From assembly GCA_034530875.2 (NCBI GenBank), contig JAVRCJ020000011.1, positions 32,001 to 96,000 of the forward strand: 64,000 bases of DNA, in the 5' to 3' direction. Source of the stretch: Nostoc sp. DedSLP01 (GTDB taxonomy: Bacteria > Cyanobacteriota > Cyanobacteriia > Cyanobacteriales > Nostocaceae). Both the position numbers and the translations under genes were made by a program. The notes under the pieces are model-generated. The model did not search any database, was not told where the DNA came from, and saw only the letters and a program-made list of their open reading frames with translations. This document shows positions 19,819 through 29,475 of this stretch, piece by piece (within the stretch, counting starts at the first letter, position 1; the number at the start of each line of letters is the position of its first letter).

Positions 19819-21246
19819 ATGACTAATACAAAACCAATAGAAGTCCGTAACCCTCGAACTGGCAAATATGACTATGTAATTATACCGCCGCCTCCCAGGT
19901 TGCTGGTACAGCAATGTAGGCGTATGCGTCGGGCGCAGGTTCATTGGCAAAAAATAGGTATAGAGGGGAGAATCGAAGCTTTACAACAGTGGAAGGAAGC
20001 GATACTATCTACACGCGATCGCTTAACGGAAGCTTTGGTAAATGATACCGGCAGATTATCAACTTCAGTATTAGAAATCGATTCTTTTCTTTCTAGCATC
20101 GACCGTTGGTGTAGGTTAGCGCCAGAATTGCTGCAAGAATCTGCAAAAAACACAGCAATTCCCTTCATTGCTTTGCAACAAGCATCAGTACCTTATCCTC
20201 TAGTAGGTGTCATTAGCCCGTGGAACTTTCCACTGTTACTGTCTACCATTGATACCATTCCCGCATTGTTAGCGGGTTGTGCTGCGATTGTCAAACCGAG
20301 CGAAATTGCTCCCCGCTTCGTAGCACCGTTAGTTACAGCACTCAACGCCGTACCCAAATTGCGCGATGTCTTAACTTTTGTTGAAGGAGCAGGGGAAACC
20401 GGAGCTAATTTAATTGAAAATGTAGATTTGATATGCTTTACAGGTAGCGTTGCCACAGGAAGAAAAGTAGCGCAAGCCGCTGCTAAACAATTTATTCCAG
20501 CTTTTTTGGAATTAGGTGGAAAAGATCCGGCGATCGTTTTAGAATCAGCCAACTTAGACTTAGCAACCTCAGCTATATTATGGGGTTCCGTCGTCAATAC
20601 CGGACAGTCATGCTTATCAATTGAGCGAATTTACGTTGCCGAATCTATATTTGAAAAATTTTACCATCTACTAATAGCCAAAGCTTCTCGCCTTGAATTA
20701 GCTTATCCCACCCTTGAAAGTGGAGAAATTGGCCCCATCATTGCCGAAAGACAAGCAGCACTTATTAGCGACCATCTCTTAGACGCACTGGAAAAAGGAG
20801 CAGTAATTCATTGCGGCGGCGTCATTGAAGACTTAGGCGGAGGTTGGTGGTGTCGTCCCACAGTGCTTACTCAGGTCAATCATTCCATGAAAGTCATGAC
20901 CGAAGAAACTTTCGGTCCTCTGATGCCAATTGTGCCTTTTAGTACAGTTGAGGAAGCAGTATCTTTAGCAAACGACTCCATTTATGGACTTAGTGCGGCG
21001 GTATTTGCTGAGTCAGAAGCAGAAGCCTTAGAAGTTGCCCAGCATATAGAAGCAGGTGCTATCAGTATCAACGATGCCGGACTCACCGCCATCATGCACG
21101 AAGGAGAGAAAAACGCTTTCAAATTCTCTGGACTGGGAGGTTCGCGTATGGGTGCAGCAGCAATAAAGCGGTTCACGCGGAAAAAAGCTTTTTTGATTAA
21201 AACCAATCCGATTAATGACCCTTGGTGGTTTGGGAATGGGGAGTGA
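19819..21246 (+). CDS. Aldehyde dehydrogenase
   Basis: ISPWNFP, KPSE, FTGS, LELGGKD, GQSC (catalytic Cys) and EETFGP. Confidence 0.95.
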   Translation: MTNTKPIEVRNPRTGKYDYVIIPPPPRLLVQQCRRMRRAQVHWQKIGIEGRIEALQQWKEAILSTRDRLTEALVNDTGRLSTSVLEIDSFLSSIDRWCRLAPELLQESAKNTAIPFIALQQASVPYPLVGVISPWNFPLLLSTIDTIPALLAGCAAIVKPSEIAPRFVAPLVTALNAVPKLRDVLTFVEGAGETGANLIENVDLICFTGSVATGRKVAQAAAKQFIPAFLELGGKDPAIVLESANLDLATSAILWGSVVNTGQSCLSIERIYVAESIFEKFYHLLIAKASRLELAYPTLESGEIGPIIAERQAALISDHLLDALEKGAVIHCGGVIEDLGGGWWCRPTVLTQVNHSMKVMTEETFGPLMPIVPFSTVEEAVSLANDSIYGLSAAVFAESEAEALEVAQHIEAGAISINDAGLTAIMHEGEKNAFKFSGLGGSRMGAAAIKRFTRKKAFLIKTNPINDPWWFGNGE

Positions 21247-21326
21247 TACCAATTCAAAATTCAAAATTCAAAATTCACATAATTGCCATTATTGTGACAT
21301 TTTGCACAAGTATAAATCGTATCAAA

Positions 21327-21923
21327 CTAGTTAACGACATCAAAAATTTGTTCGGCTGTTATTTGTAGTTGAATACCTAAGCGTTCCAGTTCTGGAGATT
21401 CGATCTGCGTGTTTCCGGTAAACCTGCCAACTTCGCGATAACTGCCTTCTGACAATTGTAGAATAGCGATCGCCAACTCCTGTGGGTCAATCAGCCAGTA
21501 TTCAACAATACCGCGTGCTGCGTATTGTTTCCGCTTCCGCACATAGTCTCTGTCCCGATTAATCTCACCTGGAGACACCACTTCCATCACCAAATGTGGT
21601 GGAAGAACATCAAAAGTAATAGTCAACCGCTTCCGGGTTAGCTCTAAGTGTTCTTCCCGAAGCAGCACCAAATCCGGGTAGCGATTTGCAGGATCGCCAG
21701 CCTCAAGGACTGGTACTTGAAGTTCGCAAGCATGAGGCTGTACCCGTCGAAAAGGCATTCCCGCATTAACTAATAGCAAGAACAGGTAATTTGCAAGGGA
21801 CGTATTTGGTTCTGACTCTGGCGGCAATTCTACTAAGCTCCCATCAACAAGTTCATAACGCTTTTCCGTCCCATCATCTATTTCTAGGTATTGCTCAAAC
21901 GTCAATCGTTGGGCTGTAGTCAT
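21327..21923 (-). CDS. Uma2 family endonuclease-like protein
   Basis: RYELVDG, RYPDLV, MEVVSPG and YAARGIVEYWLID. Confidence 0.92.
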   Translation of the reverse strand: MTTAQRLTFEQYLEIDDGTEKRYELVDGSLVELPPESEPNTSLANYLFLLLVNAGMPFRRVQPHACELQVPVLEAGDPANRYPDLVLLREEHLELTRKRLTITFDVLPPHLVMEVVSPGEINRDRDYVRKRKQYAARGIVEYWLIDPQELAIAILQLSEGSYREVGRFTGNTQIESPELERLGIQLQITAEQIFDVVN

Positions 21924-22023
21924 AATACTTCTGCCTGACTTTTATGATTTTGGCATTTATTGTTTGGAAATGGGGAATAGGGCATTGGGCATGGGGAATA
22001 TAATTTTTTGCTGAGATTGCTCT

Positions 22024-22111
22024 GCAATTGAGTTGCATCGACTTGCAATTGAGTTGCATCGACTTGCAATTGAGTTGCATCGACTCGCAATTGAGTTGCA
22101 TTGACTCGCAA
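22024..22111. repeat. 21-bp tandem repeat, about 4.2 copies
   Basis: Unit GCAATTGAGTTGCATCGACT(T/C), head to tail with no spacers. Confidence 0.95.
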
Positions 22112-22222
22112 AAATTAACTTATCTTATTTCCTAATCCCCATTCCCCAGTCCCCAGTCCCCAATCCCCAATAATATGCGAACATAATTAAGTTGTAGCCG
22201 ATCGCCTGCACTGAGGTTTAAA

Positions 22223-23503
22223 GTGGATACCATTGAAATCCCTGCTCTGAATCGCCCAATAGACGCCACGGTAGAGATTCCTGGTTCTAAAAGTATTACT
22301 AATCGGGCATTACTTGTCGCAGCCTTGGCGCAAGGTGACTCGATTTTAGAAAATGCTTTATTTAGTGAAGACAGCAATTATTTTGCCAAATGTTTAGAGC
22401 AATTAGGCATCCCTATAACCCTAAATTCTGACCAAGCTCAAATTCAAATAGCAGGAAAGGGAGGCGAAATTCCCGCCAAGCAGGCAGATTTATTTGTGGG
22501 TTTAGCAGGTACAGCAGCAAGGTTTATTTCGGCGCTGGTAGCACTGGGTAATGGCGAATATCGCCTAGATGGCGTTCCCAGAATGCGAGAACGACCGATG
22601 GGCGACTTGCTAAAGGTGCTGCAAAGTAGCGGAGTAACCGTTAACTTCCAGGGAAATCCTGATTTTATGCCCTACACCATCTACGGTGGGCAGTTTTCTG
22701 GGGGACATTTTCGTTTAAAAGCTAACCAAACAAGTCAGCAACTTTCGGCATTATTAATGATTGCCCCTTACGCTCAACAAGACACAATTATTGAAGTTGA
22801 GGGGACGTTGGTTTCTCAATCTTACGTAAAAATGACTTGTAAATTGATGGCAGATTTTGGCGTAGAAGTCAATCAAATTGCCGAAAATCAATTCCAAATT
22901 CAAGCAGGTCAGCCTTACCAGCCTCGACATTACACAATAGAACCAGATGCGTCGAATGCTTCTTACTTTTTTGCCGCCGCCGCCGTCACTGGTGGACGAG
23001 TGCGGGTTAAACATTTGACCAAACAATCTTGTCAAGGCGATATTCTTTGGCTCAACGTTTTAGAACAGATGGGTTGCCAGGTACGTGAAAGTGATGATTA
23101 CACGGAAGTTACAGGGCCAGAGCAGTTGCAGGGTATCGATATTGACATGAATGATATCTCAGATTTGGTGCAAACTTTAGGAGCGATCGCTCCCTTTGCC
23201 ACCTCACCTGTTACCATTCGCAATGTCGAACATATTCGCTACAAAGAAACCGACCGCATTCACGCCGTAGTTACTGAATTGCGCCGCTTGGGAGTTCAAG
23301 TTGAGGAATTTCCCGATAGACTAAAGATTGAACCCGGCCCCATTACCCCAGCAGCAATTGAAACCTATCACGATCATCGCATGGCAATGGCATTTGCTGT
23401 TACGGGCTTAAAAGTTCCAGGGATTGTGATTAAAGATCCAGGTTGTACGGCAAAAACTTTTCCAGATTACTTTACCCGATTTTTCAAAATGTTAGAACAA
23501 TAA
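22223..23503 (+). CDS. aroA: 3-phosphoshikimate 1-carboxyvinyltransferase (EPSP synthase)
   Basis: PGSKSITNR, AGTAARF, RMRERP, SQQLS, KETDR, DHRMAM and KTFPDY. Confidence 0.97.
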   Translation: MDTIEIPALNRPIDATVEIPGSKSITNRALLVAALAQGDSILENALFSEDSNYFAKCLEQLGIPITLNSDQAQIQIAGKGGEIPAKQADLFVGLAGTAARFISALVALGNGEYRLDGVPRMRERPMGDLLKVLQSSGVTVNFQGNPDFMPYTIYGGQFSGGHFRLKANQTSQQLSALLMIAPYAQQDTIIEVEGTLVSQSYVKMTCKLMADFGVEVNQIAENQFQIQAGQPYQPRHYTIEPDASNASYFFAAAAVTGGRVRVKHLTKQSCQGDILWLNVLEQMGCQVRESDDYTEVTGPEQLQGIDIDMNDISDLVQTLGAIAPFATSPVTIRNVEHIRYKETDRIHAVVTELRRLGVQVEEFPDRLKIEPGPITPAAIETYHDHRMAMAFAVTGLKVPGIVIKDPGCTAKTFPDYFTRFFKMLEQ

Positions 23504-23516
23504 AAGGTGAATAGCC

Positions 23517-23963
23517 ATGTCTAATATCAAAGAAGAAATGCCCGTGCTTGCCCGTCATGAAGGAGATTGGGTAGGCACTTATACATTAGTTGATACAACC
23601 GGAAAAATCATTGACAGCTACGAATCTCACTTAACTTGTCAATTTCCAGAAAACGGCCCTCATCCTTACTACCAAATCAACCGCTACAAATGGGCTGACG
23701 GGAAAAAAGAAGAATACGAATTTCCCGGAATTTATAAAGATAATAAACTTTGGTTTGACACTGAGCGCATTGATGGCAAAGCCTGGGAAGCTGACGAGTC
23801 AATTGTGATTTTGTGGTTTGCTTATAAAACAAACCCAGACATGAGCTTATATGAAATGATTTATATTAGTCCTGATAATAACAACCGTGCCCGTACTTGG
23901 CATTGGTTTAAAAACGGTCAAATATTTCAACGCACCCTCATTCAAGAACAACGGCTAAAATAA
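23517..23963 (+). CDS. DUF3598-like beta-barrel protein
   Basis: RHEGDWVGTY (GxW calycin-like strand) and RARTWHWF; 13 bp downstream of aroA. Confidence 0.65.
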   Translation: MSNIKEEMPVLARHEGDWVGTYTLVDTTGKIIDSYESHLTCQFPENGPHPYYQINRYKWADGKKEEYEFPGIYKDNKLWFDTERIDGKAWEADESIVILWFAYKTNPDMSLYEMIYISPDNNNRARTWHWFKNGQIFQRTLIQEQRLK

Positions 23964-23989
23964 AGCGATCGAGTAGAATTAAAAATTTA

Positions 23990-24069
23990 GTAGGGTGCGT
24001 TATGGACGTAAGTCCTAACGCACCGAAAATCTCGAATGGTGCGTTAGCCTACGGCATAACACACCCTAC
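23990..24069. repeat. REP-like inverted-repeat doublet
   Basis: GTAGGGTGCGTTA...TAACGCACC ... GGTGCGTTA...TAACACACCCTAC. Confidence 0.75.
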
Positions 24070-24099
24070 TAAAAACTAAAATCTAAAAGTGTATCAAGT

Positions 24100-25488
24100 A
24101 TGGCAAAATGTGACAAAATAAACTTTTCTACTCCTAGCGGTTTCCCAGAATTTCTGCCTAGCGAAAAGCGCCTAGAATTATATTTATTAGATACCATCCG
24201 TAGAGTTTTTGAAAGCTATGGATTTACCCCCATTGAAACCCCAGCAGTAGAACGTTTAGAAGTCCTACAAGCTAAAGGAAACCAAGGCGACAATATTATT
24301 TATGGAATTGACCCCATTTTGCCACCAAATCGCCAAGCCGAAAAAGATAAATCTGGCGAAACTGGTTCGGAAGCAAGGGCATTAAAGTTTGACCAAACAG
24401 TGCCATTAGCAGCTTACATTGCCCGTCACCTTAATGAGTTAACTTTTCCATTTGCCCGCTACCAAATGGATGTAGTCTTTCGCGGAGAACGGGCAAAAGA
24501 TGGACGTTTTCGCCAGTTTCGCCAATGCGATATTGATGTAGTTGCGCGTCGCGAACTGAGCTTACTTTATGATGCTCAAATGCCTGCAATTATTAGTGAA
24601 ATATTTGAAGCAATTAATATCGGTGATTTTCTCATCCGCATCAATAACCGCAAAGTTCTGACAGGTTTCTTTAAATCAGTAGGAATTGCTGAAAACCAAA
24701 TTAAATCTTGCATCAGTGTTGTTGATACCCTAGAAAAAGTTGGACAAAATAAAGTTAAACAAGATTTAGAAAAAGAGGGAATTTCCGCAGAACAAGCTGA
24801 AAAAATAATTGAATTTATTAAAATAGATGGCTCAGTTGATGAAGTATTAGATAAACTCAAACACCTGGCAAACAATCTTCCAGAAACCGAACAATTAAGC
24901 TTGGGCGTTACCGAACTAGAAACGATAATTACAGGCGTGCGTAATCTTGGCGTTGCCGAAAATCGTTTCTGTATTGATTTATCTATTGCTCGTGGACTTG
25001 ATTACTATACTGGTACAGTTTACGAAACAACTTTATTAGGACATGAAGCCTTAGGTAGTATTTGTTCTGGCGGCAGATATGAAGAATTAGTCGGAGTATT
25101 TTTAGGCGAAAAAATGCCTGGTGTTGGCATTTCTATTGGCTTAACTCGCTTAATTAGTAGATTGTTGAAAGCAGGTATTTTGACTACCTTAGCTGCTACC
25201 CCCGCACAAGTGATGGTGGTGAATATGCAAGATGATTTAATGCCGACTTATTTAAAAGTTTCTCAACAACTGCGTCAAGCGGGAATTAATGTTGTCACTA
25301 ACTTTGATAAACGTCCTTTAGGGAAACAATTTCAGTTAGCAGACAAACAAGGAATTCAATTTTGCGTCATTATTGGTTCTGAGGAAGCAGCAGCAAATAA
25401 ATCTTCTCTTAAAGATTTGAAAACAGGCGAACAAGTAGAAGTTTTATTGGAAAATTTGGCAGAGGAGGTTAAACGCAGACTGGCTTAA
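24100..25488 (+). CDS. hisS: Histidine--tRNA ligase
   Basis: GFPEFLP, FRGER..GRFRQFRQCDID, RGLDYYTG, GGRY and an anticodon-binding domain. Confidence 0.97.
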   Translation: MAKCDKINFSTPSGFPEFLPSEKRLELYLLDTIRRVFESYGFTPIETPAVERLEVLQAKGNQGDNIIYGIDPILPPNRQAEKDKSGETGSEARALKFDQTVPLAAYIARHLNELTFPFARYQMDVVFRGERAKDGRFRQFRQCDIDVVARRELSLLYDAQMPAIISEIFEAINIGDFLIRINNRKVLTGFFKSVGIAENQIKSCISVVDTLEKVGQNKVKQDLEKEGISAEQAEKIIEFIKIDGSVDEVLDKLKHLANNLPETEQLSLGVTELETIITGVRNLGVAENRFCIDLSIARGLDYYTGTVYETTLLGHEALGSICSGGRYEELVGVFLGEKMPGVGISIGLTRLISRLLKAGILTTLAATPAQVMVVNMQDDLMPTYLKVSQQLRQAGINVVTNFDKRPLGKQFQLADKQGIQFCVIIGSEEAAANKSSLKDLKTGEQVEVLLENLAEEVKRRLA

Positions 25489-25537
25489 AACTGTGGTTAA
25501 AGCAAGAGACGCGATAAATCGCGTCTTTACTCCTATA

Positions 25538-26437
25538 TTAATAAGTCGATTTAGCTAAAGTATAAAAATCAAATTTTTTCAACATATCTAAAAATGTAAA
25601 AACCGCAGGTACTTGCAAGCCATTAGATAAAATTGCTGTTGCAATTACTCTTTCAAGAGGCGCAGGTAAACTGTATACCTGCACCTTTGGCGGAATGGGT
25701 ACGGCTGCTAAAAGAGGCATGATAGCAGCCCTGAGTCCTTGATTTACCATACTCACAACTGTGGAATCTTCTTGAATGTCGGTAGAAGTAGTTATGGGAA
25801 TTGCTAAATTCTTGAGGTGGTTGTGAAGGATGCGTCCACAGGGCGTACAAGGAAGCATAACTGGTGGATAGGCTGCTAAGTCTTCCCAAGTAATTGCTTT
25901 GCTGTGAATTTTGGCTTGTGGTGGTAGTAAAGCTAGATATTCATCGCGAAAAATTTCCCAAGTCTCAAACTCATCGCTAGTTGGTAGACAGGTAATACCA
26001 ATATCAGCACGTCCGTCACGCAAACATTGTTCGACATCGGTGAAAGCACTACACTCTATAATGGTGACAGCAACTTCTGGGAATCGATCGTGAAACTGAG
26101 CGATCGCTTTTGGTAATAAATGAGTAGCCACACTGCGAAAAGCCGCAATTCTCACATGACCGCCATGTAAACCTTTGTGTAGATTTGCTTCGTGTTGCAT
26201 CATTTGTAGATGCTGCATTGCCTGACGCGCGTGATATAGTATACGCTCACCAGCAGGTGTTAATACTGCACCGTGACGACCTCTAGCAAATAAAGGTACA
26301 CCTAATTCTTCTTCTAAAGTGGCGATCGCATGACTGATTGCAGGCTGAGAAAGCTGCAATTCTGAGGCTGCTTCACTAAAGTTACCACTTTCTGCTACTG
26401 CAACTATGGCTCGAAGTTGGGAGAGTTTCATGGTCAA
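25538..26437 (-). CDS. LysR family transcriptional regulator
   Basis: NFSEAASELQLSQPAISHAIATLEEELG helix-turn-helix; LTPAG. Confidence 0.95.
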   Translation of the reverse strand: MTMKLSQLRAIVAVAESGNFSEAASELQLSQPAISHAIATLEEELGVPLFARGRHGAVLTPAGERILYHARQAMQHLQMMQHEANLHKGLHGGHVRIAAFRSVATHLLPKAIAQFHDRFPEVAVTIIECSAFTDVEQCLRDGRADIGITCLPTSDEFETWEIFRDEYLALLPPQAKIHSKAITWEDLAAYPPVMLPCTPCGRILHNHLKNLAIPITTSTDIQEDSTVVSMVNQGLRAAIMPLLAAVPIPPKVQVYSLPAPLERVIATAILSNGLQVPAVFTFLDMLKKFDFYTLAKSTY

Positions 26438-26507
26438 TTAATAAGAACAAGGTTATACGCATCCTCACTTAATTGTGGCAAAAAGCTTGTATTAATGATT
26501 TCTCGTA

Positions 26508-26528
26508 TCTATAAATCATATTTATAGA
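26508..26528. promoter_or_regulatory. Putative LysR binding site (T-N11-A inside a dyad)
   Basis: TCTATAAAT-CAT-ATTTATAGA palindrome in the divergent lysR / small-ORF gap. Confidence 0.6.
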
Positions 26529-26608
26529 AGCTATGCAAGCCATGATTTGATTCCTCACTGCGACGTTGTTACTGTTTTATTTATAGAGCAACTGCCAGGA
26601 ATCATCTT

Positions 26609-26893
26609 ATGAATAATCAGATTAAATGTCTAGAACCGGAAAAAATAGACATAACTTCTAGCTCGTCATTCCATAAAAAATTTAACTTTAATTTTAGGGA
26701 ATCTCTGCATAATATTTGGGAAAAATTTGTCCAGCAACTTCTAGCAGATCCTAACGAATTACAAGTTACGCAAAAAGTTGACCGCTACGGTAATATTTAT
26801 TGGCAAGCTTACGACCCTGTAACTGGCAAATCTTTTGCTTCTGGTTCAGAATCTGACGTATCTATGTGGATTGAACAGCTTTACAGATACTAA
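26609..26893 (+). CDS. Small conserved hypothetical protein divergent from lysR
   Basis: 94 aa, DRYGNIYWQAYDPVTG...WIEQLY; first gene of an apparent three-gene operon. Confidence 0.75.
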   Translation: MNNQIKCLEPEKIDITSSSSFHKKFNFNFRESLHNIWEKFVQQLLADPNELQVTQKVDRYGNIYWQAYDPVTGKSFASGSESDVSMWIEQLYRY

Positions 26894-26897
26894 AAAC

Positions 26898-27566
26898 ATG
26901 GCACAATTAACTTTGGTAATTGGTAATAAAAATTATTCATCTTGGTCGCTGCGTCCTTGGCTAGCGATGAAACAATTTGGCTTAGAATTTGATGAAATTA
27001 GAATTCCGCTTTACGGTTCGGATTCTGCATCAAAAACTCGCCAATACTCGCCATCAGGAAAAGTACCTGTACTCTTACACGATACGCTAACTATCTGGGA
27101 TTCTCTTGCTATTTGTGAATATCTAGCTGAAACATTTCCGACTCTGCAATGGTGGCCGGAAGATAAAGCAGCAAGAGCTTATGCTCGTTCTATTACTGCC
27201 GAAATGCACTCAGGTTTTCAAAATTTGCGTCAAAATATGCCGATGAACTGCCGGACTAAATACCCTGGCAAAGGTTTAGCATCTGGCGTACAACAAGATA
27301 TTGACCGCATTACAAACATCTGGAAAGAATCGCGCCAAAAATTTGGCTCTGCTGGCAATTTCTTATTTGGCGATTTTACAATTGCTGATGCTTTTTTTGC
27401 TCCAGTTGTTTTGCGCTTCGTAGCTTATGAAGTGCAATTAGATACTGTTTCTCAAGATTATGTAGAAGCAATTTTGACACTAAATACAATTCAAGAATGG
27501 ATAAATGCAGCAAAGAATGAAACAGAAATTCTTCCTCAATTTGAATATTCAGAAAATAGCAGGTAA
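26898..27566 (+). CDS. Glutathione S-transferase family protein
   Basis: GNKNYSSWSLRPWL, SPSGKVPVL, WDSLAICEYLAE and AEMHSGF; start ATG 26898. Confidence 0.92.
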   Translation: MAQLTLVIGNKNYSSWSLRPWLAMKQFGLEFDEIRIPLYGSDSASKTRQYSPSGKVPVLLHDTLTIWDSLAICEYLAETFPTLQWWPEDKAARAYARSITAEMHSGFQNLRQNMPMNCRTKYPGKGLASGVQQDIDRITNIWKESRQKFGSAGNFLFGDFTIADAFFAPVVLRFVAYEVQLDTVSQDYVEAILTLNTIQEWINAAKNETEILPQFEYSENSR

Positions 27567-28017
27567 AAATATTTTAATTCGATATGCAACTCAGGAAGAT
27601 ATTCCCACGATTATGGAATTGATTTATTTAAAAGCCGAATTTGATGGTTGTCCTGAATCTGTAGAAGCAACTCCTCAAAAGCTAGAAGTTGATTTATTTG
27701 GAGAAAATCCCCTTGCTTTTGTACTTTTGGCTGAGGTTGAAGGCGAAGCAATTGGGTTGGCAACTTATCATTTTATTTATTCAACTTTTTTAGCCAAACC
27801 TGGAATTTGGCTTGATGATTTATATGTGAAAGCCGAACATCGAAATCACAAAATTGGTGAGGCGCTGATACTACGCTTGCGTCAGATAGCCCAAGAAAAA
27901 GGTTGTGGCAGAATTGATTGGACTGTAGCGTTATCGAACGATCGCGGAATTAAATTTTATGAAAGAATAGGTGCAAAAATTAGGAATAAAGTAAGATTGT
28001 GTCGCTTGGATTGTTAA
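27541..28017 (+). CDS. GNAT family N-acetyltransferase (diamine acetyltransferase-like)
   Basis: IRYATQED, YSTF..PGIWLDDLYV...R...IG and FYERIGA; start is uncertain (TTG 27541). Confidence 0.85.
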   Translation: MNIQKIAGKNILIRYATQEDIPTIMELIYLKAEFDGCPESVEATPQKLEVDLFGENPLAFVLLAEVEGEAIGLATYHFIYSTFLAKPGIWLDDLYVKAEHRNHKIGEALILRLRQIAQEKGCGRIDWTVALSNDRGIKFYERIGAKIRNKVRLCRLDC

Positions 28018-28060
28018 CAGATTTACACCTCAAAACCTAAATACAATCAGAATTTCTTAA

Positions 28061-29077
28061 TTACGAATTACGAATTGAACTAGCCGTCTCCCTAGCAGCT
28101 TCTCGCAGTCGCTCCACATCGCGCATCGGTGGCGCACCAAACAGCCGTTTGTACTCCCGGTTGAAGTGCGATGCATCGTCATACCCCACACGGTAAGCAG
28201 CACTAGTGGCGTCAAGGTTTTCCCCCAGCATCAGACGGCGGGCTTCCTGGAGCCGCAGTTGCTTTTGGAACTGCAAGGGACTCATTGCCGTGACAGACTT
28301 GAAGTGATGGTGGAAGCCTGAGACACTCATTCCCAGCTCTCGTGCGATGCTTTCAATGTGAAGCGGCTCCTTAAAATCTTTATGAAGTCGCGCGACGGCT
28401 CTGGCGATGTGGTGGGTGTTGCCACCCAGAACTACAATATGACGGAGGCGACTACCTTGCTCTCCCATCAGAAGTCGGTAAATGATTTCCCGCTTAATAA
28501 GTGGTGCAAGAACGTGAGCTTCAGCAGGAGAATCTAAAAGCCTGACGAGCCGCACCAAAGCATCCAAGAGATTTGCATCCAACGGACTGACGTCAATCGC
28601 TTTCACATCAGTACGGCTGTGCGATGAGGGATGCCCTGCCTCGACCATCAGCGAACCAACGAGGGTGGGGTCGAGATCGAGGCGGAGGCTAAGGTACGGT
28701 TGCGCTTGGGATGCTTGGAGAATCTGGCTGACAATCGGCAGTTCGACGGTAGCAAGCAGATAATGCATCGGGTCGTACTGATAGCGGTTGTTGCCCAGGA
28801 GAACTTCTTTGCTGCCTTGAGCGATCGCACAAAAGGCAGGCACAGAGACACCATGAACGCATTCCGATGGCGACGAGGAACGGTTGAGGTGCAATCCTTT
28901 TAGTGGCTCAATTGTCCCATCATTAGGGATAGCCCGTGCAATAGCAAGAGTCAGTTCGTCTCTGTTGGCTTGCGCTCTTTGAGCCTCGTGTTTTGCCTGC
29001 TGGTCATTCATTAAATCCATATCGGACTTTTCACTCGTTTTAGCAGCGTTCATTTCTAAGTTTGCAGGATTGTACAA
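28061..29077 (-). CDS. AraC family regulator (YqhC-like)
   Basis: AQGSK, REIIYRLL, MSPLQFQKQLRLQEARRLM and VGYDDASHFNREY. Confidence 0.93.
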   Translation of the reverse strand: MYNPANLEMNAAKTSEKSDMDLMNDQQAKHEAQRAQANRDELTLAIARAIPNDGTIEPLKGLHLNRSSSPSECVHGVSVPAFCAIAQGSKEVLLGNNRYQYDPMHYLLATVELPIVSQILQASQAQPYLSLRLDLDPTLVGSLMVEAGHPSSHSRTDVKAIDVSPLDANLLDALVRLVRLLDSPAEAHVLAPLIKREIIYRLLMGEQGSRLRHIVVLGGNTHHIARAVARLHKDFKEPLHIESIARELGMSVSGFHHHFKSVTAMSPLQFQKQLRLQEARRLMLGENLDATSAAYRVGYDDASHFNREYKRLFGAPPMRDVERLREAARETASSIRNS

Positions 29078-29307
29078 CGATTTTAGAGAATTGTCATATT
29101 GCTTGCCCTTAAGGATTCCTAGAATGAAACTAAAGCAATGAAAAATGATTCGACCTTATTGTAAGCATTCTGGATTTTTATCCAAGAGAAAACTCAGTTT
29201 GAATTGGGCAAGAGATTTACCTACTAACAACCAAAACACCATCCCTACTGATAGATTAGGCGCTAAGTGCCGAATCTCTACAATTGCGACAACCGCCCAA
29301 ATGGCCG

Positions 29308-29463
29308 ATTTGGTTGCCGCCAGGTGAGAAGCATTGGCACGGTGTCACTCCAACTACGGCTATGACCCACATTGCCATTCAGGAACAGCTCGATGGCAAG
29401 ACCGTGGACTTGATGGAAAAAGTCAGTGACGAACAATACCAAGCGTCAAAACTAAACAAATAG
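29308..29463 (+). pseudogene. 3' remnant of a cupin-domain gene
   Basis: Translates as [44 protein letters not shown]...*, i.e. cupin motif 2 and the C-terminus. The N-terminal half is missing. Confidence 0.8.
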
Positions 29464-29475
29464 ATCGTCAATATT

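Noticed and set aside
22024..22111. Possible CRISPR array
   Set aside because: The units are contiguous with no unique spacers, and no cas genes are in the window; it is a tandem repeat
21895..22377. Short minus-strand ORFs such as MQLNCES/MRVNATQ
   Set aside because: They are products of the 21-bp tandem repeat or lie antisense to aroA
29145..29327. 60-aa ORF upstream of ADH
   Set aside because: No recognisable motif; the real coding signal is the cupin remnant in another frame
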